Origin: Octopus vulgaris | Lineage: Eukaryota | Assembly (NCBI GenBank): GCA_951406725.2 | Contig: OX597837.1 | Location: forward strand, 21,452,001 to 21,516,000 | Direction: 5' to 3' | Length of the DNA: 64,000 nt | Shown here: one piece after another, positions 40,222 through 52,154 of the stretch | Layout of the letters: each line of letters begins with the position of its first letter | Position numbering within the stretch: position 1 is the stretch's first letter | Notes under the pieces: model-generated | Seen by the model: the letters and a program-made list of their open reading frames with translations, nothing else | What the model was told of the DNA's origin: nothing | Database searches by the model: none | Position numbers and translations under genes: made by a program

Positions 40222-41363
40222 CACATGTACACACACACTACTGAAAGGCTTCACTTTTCAGAATTTGGTTATTGATTTCCAAAGGTGCCAGTTGAGACTA
40301 CCAGGGTTCTTGACTCCACCGGACCGTATCCCTGTTTACTGCTATTGAGGCAGAAATTGCTGTCTGCAAGTGCAAGCCATGTGAGTCGAGAGTGGTAGTT
40401 CTAGCTCATCTCCCTTGCTATCTTTTAGGGCAACAACATTTTTCCATTTTGTCTGCTGGTGCCATGAGAAATGTTTCTATATTGTGAAAGGCAAGATTCT
40501 CCATATTCATGTAATCATTGCTATTGGATGGAGCTCACCAATTGAGTTATTCTCATCATTTGGTAAACTAAGCCTGCTCAAATGGGATGCTTATATATTC
40601 ACGTTGTTTTTAATTACTCATGCATTATCTTGTAGCTTTGAAACTACAAAGAGAGAGAGAGAGAAGCAGAGATGTGATTGTTTATTTTTAGAGTCTGGCT
40701 GGAAATACTTAAAATGGGTAGAATATTTGAGCCTGATACGGCCAGTTTAAATGCTGAAGGGTTAAAAGGATTTGTGGAAGCATATAAAACTTTTTCTGTG
40801 TTTCTTAGAAAATCTTGATTAGGACACCTGAAAAGCTAATCCAGTTTTATATATGTATATATATATAAATTTTAACAGGTTCATAGGTAGAATTAGTTTT
40901 TATTTTACAATATCTACACTTGTTACATGCATATCATCTTCATCATCCTCATTTTCCATTTGTTTTTCCATGCTGGCATGGGTAGGATGAGTTTCAATGT
41001 CTAAACTGCTCTGCTATGAGTCTCACTTTCGCACCTGCCACAGTCCTTCCCTTGACCACATGTTGTGTGGCCTTTTGTTTTGTTATCCACTGTGACTGTC
41101 TATCATCTGACTCACACAACAACAGAATAGACTGGCTGACTCCATTATGTCTAGCATGATTTTTGGTCTGGATTTTTTTAGAATTGGATGTTTTTCCTAA
41201 TATGGACCAGTTAACAGCATATATATGTATGTACATATTTATAGAATGTATGAAGGTCATGTTTTGCAATCCTTATAAGTTGCCAGTTTCTCAGACACAG
41301 AGGATATAAAAACCTTACTGTCTGTCTTTTATTTTTGTATAATTTCCTCTCCTGTCTATTTTA

Positions 41364-41394
41364 CCCTGAAGAAGGACTTTGTCCAAAACGTTGG
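41364..41394 (+). ncRNA. Minimal hammerhead relic (GAAA changed to AAAA)
   Basis: CC-CTGAAGA-A-GGAC-TTT-GTCC-AAAA-CGTT-GG, with palindromic AACGTT. Confidence 0.55.
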
Positions 41395-42017
41395 CTTTTC
41401 CATGCTCACCAGCAATTTTGCTGCACCCTTTCTCTTGATCTCTCACACACACTGATGTGTATGTTTGTAAGGAGCTTTAGTACTAGGTAACAAAGCCAGG
41501 AAATGACTCAGTGCAAGTATAAAGTGTAAATATTTTATTTGTTTGAATATATGTATATATATTAATGTAAAGATTAATGTAAAAAATAAATAACACTGAA
41601 GCAAAATAACACCAAATATATAGTGCGTGTGTTTTTATTGGCTAAACTGGCAAAATGACCATTCTGAAATATAACAATATCTGTTTCAACACACGACTTC
41701 ACATAAAAAATCTTGCACAACAAATATATAAATGTATGTATATGATTCTTATACAAGAATGTTGTTGACAATGACTTTTGATACCAGCCCACCTGAAACC
41801 TACCCTAGTTTTATGACGTGAATTCTCAATTTTAAAGTGATCTAAATTCAAAACTTTCAAAGTTTATGTTTCAAATGCCAGCTTAAAAAATGATTGGTAT
41901 TTTAATAAATTCTTCATTATTTCTAAAATTAATCAAGACAAAGGTTGTGTATTTCAACAGAAATATGATAACGAAAGGGTTAATGTATATATAATTGATA
42001 TTTCTTTCCATTTTTAG

Positions 42018-42219
42018 GTACTGATTTGACAAAATTACTAGCATCTATGTTGGCTAGTCAAGGAGAAAAGCCATCTCAAGAGAGAACTGTAAATGACAGT
42101 GACAGCATCCTTTCAAGTCAGCCTTTAGAAGATCCAGAAGAAGATGAACGTGAAAGTGTAACAATGTCCCAAGTTTTTAAGGACGAAGATTTTCCTTTGG
42201 AGTCTGATGCAGAAAGGCA
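42018..42219 (+). CDS. REV3L: REV3L coding exon, 202 bp, phase 1-2
   Basis: catttttAG / GTaagt. Translates TDLTKLLASMLASQGEKPSQERTVNDSDSILSSQPLEDPEEDERESVTMSQVFKDEDFPLESDAER. Confidence 0.88.
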
Positions 42220-43837
42220 GTAAGTTGTGATGCAAAGGAATCCTTTTTTTGTTCATGCTGCTTTGTTTTGTTTGAAATGGGGGAGGCGTTTGCTGGTAGA
42301 TCAAACAAATTATGGAATGTATTTTAGGGCAAGGCCGCCTCTGATATTAAAACCTAGATTATATAAAGTATGTGTATTTAAGATGCTGCTACCAACGAAA
42401 GGCGTGACAACTATGCTGAGATGAATGGGTGATGTATGTGATGTATGAGGTAAACGACTTATGTTTGGCTAGATATTAATTAAGATTGATGATTTGCTGT
42501 AGAGCCATCCAGCAACTAACATTAGCAAAAAAAATAATAAATAAAGCCTTTTAAAAAGGATACATTTATTAGATTTGCTTTTTAGTTATTGTGTTGGGTG
42601 TGTTGGTTTGAAATTTTGGTACAAGGCCAGTAAGTTTGGAGGTGGGGTTAAGTCATTTACATCAACCTCGGAGCTCAACTGGTATTTGTTTTATCAACCT
42701 TGAAAGGGTGAAAGGCAAATTTGAACTCTGAATATAAAGACAGACAAAATCTTTAATTTAATTAATAACTGTTAAAAAATGTTTCCAGTCTCATGGTTTA
42801 TGATGCAAAGTATTGTTTATGTTACTTCACAAATAACTATAATTTCTACCAATTGTTCAACAAAAACAAAATATAAGAGTGAGCTTCGGCAGCTGTCCCC
42901 CAAATGTCTGGCATCCCTTAAAAGTCCCAATACAAGGTATATTAAGAACAGACCAAGAAACTAATGATCCTTGAACTAACTTGACAGGTGCATATCTATT
43001 GTGTTGAGGTCTCAGAAAAGGTCTGTTCTAAAATAGTCTGCCTCAATGCAACTTATTCAATCGTGGTCATCTAGAGAACAGGGTACAGGGGAATTAAATT
43101 TTAGAAATTAAAAAACAATGGGGAAATACAAAGATGACCACTTATGAACAGAGTAGAAATTTAGGCACCGTGTCTGCTGTCTCACAGAAATATTCTATTT
43201 TATCTATTACCCTGCCTTTACTCTTTAGCATTCAGATTATTCTATCAAATGTTTTTTTTACTTTGGGTATGGAAAAGCAAATAGGGAGTCATAGTGTCTA
43301 CGACTTTCCCCTTCACATGACTGAGATAGACCAGTCAAGCTAAGAACTGATTTAGACTTATGGACTTAATGTCAGAATATTTCATAAACTTCATGACAAT
43401 GCTGGCATGGCTGTATGATAAACTTGCTTCTCGACCACATGGTACCAGGTTCAGTCTCACTACATGTCACCTTGGACATGTTTTCTACTGTAACCTCAGG
43501 TCAACCAAGGTTTTGTGAATGGATTTGGGAGACCGAAACTGAAAGAAGCCCATTGTATATGTGTGTGTGTGTGTTTGTTTGTCCCCACTACCGCTTGACA
43601 ACTGGTGTTGGTCTGTTTACATCCCTGTAAATTAGTGCTTCAGCAAACGAGGCTAATAGAATAAGTACTAGACTTTAAAAAAAAAAAGCTCCTGAGGTCA
43701 ATTCGTTCAACTAAAACCCTTCAAAGCAGTGCCCCAGCATGGCCACAGTCAAATGACTGAAACCGGTATACGATACAATCTCCTAATGCACTGAAAAATT
43801 ATTTTCTGCACATTATCGATTTGTTTTATCTTTGCAG

Positions 43838-43968
43838 CAATTACATCAAATCAGATGATTTTTCTCAATCATTGGATGAAGAAATGGTTAGTGATGAAAT
43901 TTTGGATGTTGAATCTGATGAAGAAACTATCCCTCAGTTTGATGGGCCAATTGATGAAAAACCTGCTG
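43838..43968 (+). CDS. REV3L: REV3L coding exon, 131 bp, phase 2-1
   Basis: atctttgcAG / GTaatt. Translates NYIKSDDFSQSLDEEMVSDEILDVESDEETIPQFDGPIDEKPA, containing the REV3L IPQxDG motif. Confidence 0.9.
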
Positions 43969-45481
43969 GTAATTAATTAGATTTTAACCTTTTCATTATT
44001 GTAATTCTGTTTTGATTAAATTCTAAAACCAATATGAATACAGACTGGTTTAACAACTGTGACTTTTTAAATGTATTTTAGGAATTGGGTGCAAGGTGCA
44101 GGCATAGCTCTGTGGTTGAGAAGTTTGCTTGTCAATCATATCGTCTTTGGTTCAGTCCTACTTTGAGGCACTTGGGGCATGTGTCTTCTACTATAGCCCT
44201 GGGGCAACCAAAATCTTGTGTGTGAATTCGGTAGACAGAAACTGAAAGAAGCCTGTCATGTGTGTCTTATTGCCCCTCTCTCTCTCTCTCCCTCTCTCTC
44301 TCCCTCCCTCCCTCTCTCTCTCTCTCTACCCCCCCCACCCGCCACACATAGGCTTAACAACCAGTTAGAGTTAGTGTGTTTACGCCCCTGTAACGTAGCA
44401 TGGCCACAGTCTAATGGCTGAAATGAGAACGTTTTAGATAAAGGAAAGTAAAAGATTTGAATTCAATTGCAAAAAAAATTTTAAGATCACAGAACTCGTG
44501 CTATAATGATGCTGAATGGTTGTTGATGTTTAGCACCAGGTCAACCCGATGGAGCTTTGACTAAAGGCATTCCAGCAGTGACCATTTCTGTCTTATTACT
44601 ATTCATTGTGAACCTAAAACTACATTATCTAATGTGTCTTTTTGTAAGATGGAGAAGTGTGACTTAACCCCTTAGCATTCAGACTGATCTGTCAAATCTA
44701 ATGCTTATTTATTCCCATTATTTTGAAGTAATCATGCATTATCTCATTGCTTCAAAGATGTCATTGTTTTTTTTTTTTTTAGAATGACATTGTAGGTTAA
44801 AAGTGAGAGGCCAGATATGGCTGGTTTAGATGCTTTTACTGGTTTCAGTCATTAGACTGGCCATGCTGGGGCACTACCTTGAAGAATTTTTAGTCAAATA
44901 TACCAACCCCAGTACTTATTTTTTAAAGCCTGGTACTTATTCTATCAATCTCTCTTACTGAACCACTAAGTTATGGAGGCATAAATACCACCAGTGCTAG
45001 TTGTCAAGCAGTGTGGCAGGGAACAAACAAAGACACACATGCATAGATATATATACAACGAGCTTCTTTCAGTTTCTATCTGCCAAATTCACTCTCAATG
45101 CTTTGATCAGCCCAAGACTATAGTAGAAGACACGTTCCCAAGGTGTCACATAGTGGGACTGAACCCAGAACCATGTGGTTGGAAAGCAAGTTTCATACCA
45201 CACAGCCAGGGAGATTGAGTTACTTTTCCTTCCCTATTTGGTTACTGTTTCTTACATAAAGGCTCCTTTGTTGGCTCAGAGTACGAGTGATTATCACTAA
45301 CTTTGCAACATGATTTCCATTGTAATTTTGATTTAAATATGAATAAGTAAATCCAACTAGCTTTGAGATGCCCTGCTTTCAAAAGGGTTTTAAACTACAA
45401 GTATATCCATTGCTGGTATTTTGTTCTTTAATTATGCACATGTATACATCTTTATATATAAAATATCTCTTATCTTTACAG

Positions 45482-48400
45482 ATGAACAACCAAAGATTCG
45501 CAAACGAATGGGTCCTCGTGGCCCTGTAATCAGCTCTGCCAACAATCCCTCCCCTGTAAGTTCCGAGGGACAGGCTTCAAGTTTTTCAAATTATGGCCCT
45601 ATTTTCCAAAATGACCCTGGATTCCTTGGCTCCGGTTCCAATATGCAGGCCTACCAAAGTCCAACAAATTATCAGGATTATGATCGCCGATGGGATACTC
45701 ATGCATTTCGTGAGGATATGTCTAGCGGTGTTCCTAACGTCGATCAGCAATCATCTCACTGGAACCCTGCATGGTCACGCTCTTTACACTCAGCACGTGC
45801 TGATCCTTCCAGTTACGCTGGGGCCGGTAATGTGCATGGTAACAATGGCAGCTACATGACAGAAGGCTTCTCCCGTCCATATGCCAATCAGCAACCCCAA
45901 AATCATCCCTCACAAGCTGCTACATTAAGTGAATCCAGCACTGATCAATATCCTGCTTCATTTCCTTATGACATGACGAACATATATAGTCCGGACTCCT
46001 ATTCACGCTCACGAACATCTGACAGTGGGCACACTTCAGATCCACACAACAGCCCCTTCGCTGGCCATTTATCCCCGTCCCCCGGTTATTCTCGTGATGG
46101 ATTCGAATCAAGCCGATCTCCTGTTCCACTCTCTGGAAATGTTGGAATACAAGGATCAGGTAGTTCTATGTATAATCAGACCCCTTCGTTGCCTCCTCCT
46201 GAGGAAAGCCAAGGTAGTTTCCACAAATTATTAACTTGTAACGACAGCCCAAAGCAAACCATTCCAGCCGATCTTTCAACCCATCAGTCATTGCAGCGAA
46301 GTATCAGCCGATGCTCCACACATTCTAGTGAATCAATAAGTATGGGTGCCAGTACTACACCTGACCCTTTTAAGAGTCTTCCAAAACCTGTTTCTTCAGA
46401 AGATACTACTATGGAGACTTTTGAAAAGATGTCAAGCATAGAAAAGTTAGATGAAACAGCCGAAGGTCGTTCAAGTGTTGATTCTTCAAATCATCCCCCA
46501 TCGGAAACTGGAAATGCTTCACTGACTCCATTAGATGGTAGTAACTCACAAAAGAAACATATGTCCTCAATTAACATAAGCCATGAAGATTTATTTGGAA
46601 CCCCTTCTCTTAATTCTTGTGCTGATCTTTCCTCTGATTCTTTCACCTCTGCTGAAGGTAGCCGACACCAGAGTGTTGTTGACCAATCAAATCAAGGCTC
46701 CTTCATTTCTTCAGGATATTCAAACAAGAATACGTCACACCCACAACGTTGTAGTTCTGTCACAAGCGAAGAAGAGGCACCCAGTTACCAGTCGCTGACT
46801 ATGTCGTTCCCCGGTAACCAAACCGGTAACCGCAGTCACTCGGCGATAGCCAGCCTGGAACAGATGGTGTCTAGTGTCGGAGGCTATGATATTGGTTATG
46901 ACTATGCAGCTTTTCCGAACAGAGCATGGCAATGTGCTGGTACTCAACCATCTCACAATGTTACCCCTCTGCACAACATATCTGCTGGTCCAACTATGCC
47001 CCCAGGTGGGAATTTGCCGGCCAACACCAGTATGCCATCTGGTACAAGTATGTCAACTGGTTCAAATATGCCTTCTGCTCCAAGCATATCATCTGGCCCA
47101 AACATGCCCCCCAATCAAACGTTGACGTCTGGACAGAATATGACGAGATCAAATATGCCTCCTGTTTCAAACATGACATTAGGTTCAGGTATGCCCACTG
47201 GATCAAACATGCACTCCGCTCCTAACATGACACCTGGACATAATATACAAAACCGTAACCTGTCATCTTCTGGACACAATATGCCAGCAATGTCACCTGG
47301 TCCTTCTCTCACTCCTACGAATATGCCCCCACATAGCATCCCTACTAACCACAATATGCCATCAAGGCCGAATGTCGCTCCTGTGAACATGTCTCAAAGC
47401 CAGCACGTGACTCAAGTGCGTGCTTTGACACCAAGTATGTCAACGAGCCTTCATGGAGGTCATACTATGGGCCGAAGTGTCACTCCTCATGGGCATGGCC
47501 ATGCAATGCACCCACAAGTCCACAACATATCTCAGGGTCACTCTGTTCATCCCTCTCACAACTTAGCCGCTGCACCTCAACTTCCGCCACCAGGTCACAG
47601 TCCAGCTACTTCTCCTCCCAGTGCCCATGGTCACAATATGTCCGGTCATAGCATATCTTCTGGTCATAACATGATGCAAACTCACAATCTTCCTCAGGGC
47701 CATCATGTTTCACAGGGGCATGACAGGTCCCACTCATACAACATATCTGAACCGAATTATACCACACAGGATGTCATGATGCCTAAACAGGGTCGTATGG
47801 CTTTAAAAAAGAAACGAGGTGAAACGGATAACTGGTCATATGGTAAATCATATTATCAACAAGGTAGATCTTGGAATCAGCACCCTGGACCTCCAGGTCA
47901 AAATTATAGGAACACCACTTATTGGAGGTATATGGATACTTACCAAACTTACCAAGGCTATGTTCAGAATCCCAAGGTGGAACCAGGAACTATTTCACAA
48001 ACTCCAAAACTACAGCCTGTTCTGCCTCCTGGAACACCACCTGAAAAGAGCAAGCGTGGAAGGAAAAGGTCTTCTTTTACTATGGCTAAATCTATGTCAG
48101 CTATGCCTGTGGATTCCCAACTATCGCAGTATACTTACACTTTCCATGTGCCAACCCCGATCTACAAACGGCTTAAACTTCTCCAAAAATCAATGATTCC
48201 TGAAGAGAATGCTGTTTGCATTGTTCGCATGCACCCAATGGACGCTCGCCGCTATAGTTTGCTTAAAATTGGTCGAGAGCTGGTAAAGATTCCAAAGCTG
48301 GAGGAACGAGATATCAAAAGAATTCAGAAGGAAATTAAAGAGACAGGTTATTATCCTGGAGCGTGTTCACGTTTTGGTTATATGGTTCCATCTGATCAGC

Positions 48401-51400
48401 CAAGTATATCGACTAAAATTGGTTTATTGCCAGGTTTGTTGAATGAGCCAAAACCAGTTTCTTCTTATGAACCTGGTATTAAGTATGTTACAGTGGATAG
48501 GAAATTGCTTCCTATGAGTGCTAAAGGAATGGGTAAAAATGCTCCATCGGGATTTCAATTAGAATATGAACGAATGTTATCCCAGAATCCTCGAAACCGT
48601 GCAAGGTCTAATGTCAAGATTAAATTGACTAAAGCAAAAGAAAAACGTCGGCGAAAGAAAGTACGTGTGACTAACAGGAGAAAGGGCTCTTGTGATTTGC
48701 TGTCCGACTCTTCGTTATACACAGACTGCTCCCTTGTTTCTCAGTTACCTTACAACAAGAATTTACCCAGCACCAATCCTCATAACCAGTATTTACTCCC
48801 ATCCTCTGCATCAGAAATAACAAGTCATAGCAAGACTCCTGTGTTAATAGAAACTCTGCATTCGCCGCCTATAGCCAATATCCAGTCTTCCAATGCAACT
48901 GAAAACACGTTACCGCCTGTGAAAACCACGCATGTTAGGCGTTCAACTCGCCCTTTTCCCAAACACAATGTTGTGCCACCCCTCCCAGGAGCAAGACCTC
49001 GCATCATCACTGACAACAAGTACCGTAGTAGTAACAATAATAATTTTAATACACAAAATAGCCAGCTCCCTACCTCACATGCAACAAATATCACTCCTCC
49101 AGTCAAACTGTGTCCAGGTCAATGCCCTGAGCAACCCACTAATCTTACTATGAGTCTCCCTCAACAAACTGCTGATACTACTTTTGACGCTCACCCCAAA
49201 ATCGATAACATAACAGAACCTGAAGTCGGGCCAAATTCCTCCAACAATTCTTCACCTAGTCCATTGAGTTCCTGTAAAGATAATCAGTCTCCTTTTCCAA
49301 CTAACATTGGTTCACCTCATGACCCCCCACCAACATCTGGTTCATCCCTGTGGCAACCCAGTAATACACCAACTGGACAAAGTTTCACCGTTAACTCTTC
49401 TATTCAATCCTCTTCAAACAGCCAAGATTCCCAGCAGGTGCGCAAGCGAAAACTGGGTTCTGATAATGGAAGCCAAGATGGTTCAAAACGCACCATGAAC
49501 TTTTCCACAATGGATTTCACAGATATCTATGATCCTCACTTAGAGGGCTATGATGATGATGATGTTGACGCAGATGACGATGACGATGATGACGATGACG
49601 ACGACGACGATGACAGCCACGATAACTTTGATCATAAAGCCTCTTCCGGAAATGTTTGTTGTCTTGTTGTCAACAAAAGAGCACACCAGAGGTCTCTAGT
49701 GGTGAAGTTGGAGAAGTTAAAGCTGCCAAGTAAAACGGTGAAGGCCAGTGAATTTCTTGCTACACGTGATGCCATTCCACATCGTAGTTGTGTTGGTAAC
49801 AAAATACCTGGCCGTATTGAGAATATTGGATGGGAAAGAATTAAACTAGCTGATAAAAATAAATATCGTGGTGGAGTACCTCTAATGAGTTATTCAAGTC
49901 CAATAAGTGATGATAATGGACGTCTTTCCCTGTTCACTCAGCATTCTGGTAGCATGTTCTATGACCGACCAGCTAGTGACTATTTTCAAGATGAATATTT
50001 GGGAGTGGCTATTGCAGGAACTCTTGATGAGCCCAATGATACTGGTTTGCTAATGTCACTTGACGACGATGGCTACTCCCAAATGATAAATACAGATTCT
50101 AGTTCAGGGGAAGATGCAACCATAAGCTACGAAGAAGAATTCGAAATAAAGTCCCGAGGCAAGAACAAACGTAAAAGAAACCTCACTCCTAACCAACGTC
50201 TAGGTGTTGCTTTCTTGACTACGAGGCATCGCAGAAAACGTGCAGTTGCAATAAACCATGGAAAACTGATGAACAGTTTGTCTTTGTTGCATCAAGCAAC
50301 ATTGGCTAAATTATCAACACTCTCCACATACACAGATTCTTCTGATGATTTTAAGAAAACCTACAATGATGTTATGTCAAAGTTAGCATTATTTTCTCCT
50401 CCTGTTTCTGAAAAAGGTGATACCTCTCCGCCCCAGCCACTATCCCCTGAAGAAAATGCACCTCTGCCAGTAGTTGACGGGAATCCTGACGACGTCTCGC
50501 TTGATTCGACCGATGGCGTTTTGTCTCAGCCTAACTTCCTGTCTCAAACTTCCTTAGATTCGATCTACGAGACCCCTTTGTCTAGTGTAGAGACACAGCG
50601 CTCCTGTGAATCAGCCAAATCCCCTAGTCTTACATCGTTGGGTGGATCTGAAACAGAGCCAACCAGTGATATAATAGTACCAGTTGTGAAGCAAGATGAA
50701 GCTGCAGAAAACAAGTCTCCGCCCATTCCAACATTGTTGTCTTGGAAAAATGACGCTCCTACCGATAAATCACCCTATGCTGTAAAGACGGCTGTTGTGA
50801 AGCTCATTCCACGTGCAAGATCTGGTAGTAAATCTAAAGTTGATTGCAAACCTGAGTATAATGATTTGGAAGCTACTTTTTCTCTTAACCCCGCTACTCG
50901 AAATTTCTCCCTCGTTAATTCCAACCAACAAAAAGAATCGAGTGAACTTGAAGGTTTCCCTAATGTACAGTTTCGTATAGAAACTTCTCAAGCTAATAGT
51001 AGGCTTGTAGGGAGCAATCAGTCATCAAATTGCACTGAAGACGAAATTAGTCGAGCTGAAGAACAAACTAATACTTCCCCTCGTCCCTACCAGATGGGCA
51101 ATTATTCATTTAATTGCCCAGCAGAAACCAGTAGTGACAGATTAAATAGTTATTCTAATTGTGATGCAGCTGATATGGATGTAGGATATCTCATGGATAA
51201 AATAGACAACGAAGAAACACAAAATACTTTGATTGAAGAGAGAGAAACAGTATCAGAGGTTTGTCACAAAGACTCAACTGAGTCGTCAGAAGTTGAGTTT
51301 AAAAATATTGCGAATAAGCTACCAGCTAGTCCTGGAATTGAGTCAGGTGAGAATTTAGAGGAGACAGAGAAATCAACTGAACATCAAGTTTTGCAGACTA

Positions 51401-52154
51401 CACAATTGATCTGTGAATTGAACAAAGAAACGGAAGAAGCTACTGCAAAGCAGACAGGTGTTACGTGTAACAGTGAAATGGTAGAATCTGCACAACGAAA
51501 GGAAACTGTGAAGAAAATATCAGAAACTGCAGATCAGGAAAATGGGGTTTCTAAAGCAGCTTCAGAATCAATTAAGAACACAACTGAGTCTCATTTGCAT
51601 ATTGGATCTCAAAATACCATTAGTGAAGAAGGTCCACTCAATGATGTTAGTTCGCAAAGAGAGGTGAATGGTGGGCAGTGTATCACCACTTCTAAGCAAG
51701 GAGAAATCAGTAGATCTGGCGAAGAAGTAGAACAGGGTAAGAAAGCATTAGCAGCTGAAGATGATGTCTTTAACTCCGACATAACAACATTGGATTTGTC
51801 CGTAAGCCATAAAACAGGTGTTTTACAATCAAGCAAATCTTCTGGTAATTCATCAAAAGAGAAGGAGTCGGCTGACACTAGTGAACCCAACCAGACTAAT
51901 CAAGCAGCTACAAAGGAATCTCAAAAAGTTAATGTGGGTAGCAATGAAAGTATAGGCTCTGAGAGACAGGACGATCACTTTAAAAATGCCAGTCCTCAGC
52001 CAGTCGCTGGCAAAGAGTCTCTGGTATTAACACCACGCGATCGTCCACCTAGCAAAGACTTAATCTGTCATACAGCAACAAAATATGGTCTCAGTATACC
52101 TAAGGTCACTGAACCTTTCTGTGGCAAACCTGAAGACATCACAGAAACACCCAG
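45482..52154 (+). CDS. REV3L: REV3L giant exon, 6673 bp, phase 1-2; largely disordered linker ending in a REV7-binding motif and EPFC motif
   Basis: Core of the 2251-aa ORF. Acceptor tatctttacAG is in phase with the previous exon. Ends LVLTPRDRPPSKD...VTEPFCGKPEDITETP-ag|GTatta, like the end of the vertebrate REV3L large exon (ILKPLMSPPSRE...QEPFCSNPSDVPEKPR). Confidence 0.93.
46954..47745 (+). repeat. Degenerate 18-bp / hexapeptide coding repeat, Met-rich then His-rich
   Basis: Units TMPPGG NLPANT SMPSGT SMSTGS NMPSAP SISSGP NMPPNQ ... HNISQG HSVHPS HSISSG HNMMQT HNLPQG HHVSQG. Confidence 0.8.
49552..49614 (+). repeat. Poly-Asp coding tract with mixed GAT/GAC codons
   Basis: DDDDVDA followed by a run of Asp, in frame. 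Confidence 0.9.
52021..52053 (+). other. REV7 (MAD2L2)-binding motif, RBM1-like
   Basis: LVLTPRDRPPS fits the hydrophobic-hydrophobic-x-P-xxx-PP consensus at the position equivalent to human RBM1. Confidence 0.8.

Noticed and set aside
45421-45481. N-terminus of the 2251-aa ORF as a standalone gene start
   Set aside because: It starts at TTG in intronic polypyrimidine/AT-rich sequence. The acceptor at 45480-45481 joins the upstream REV3L exon in frame.
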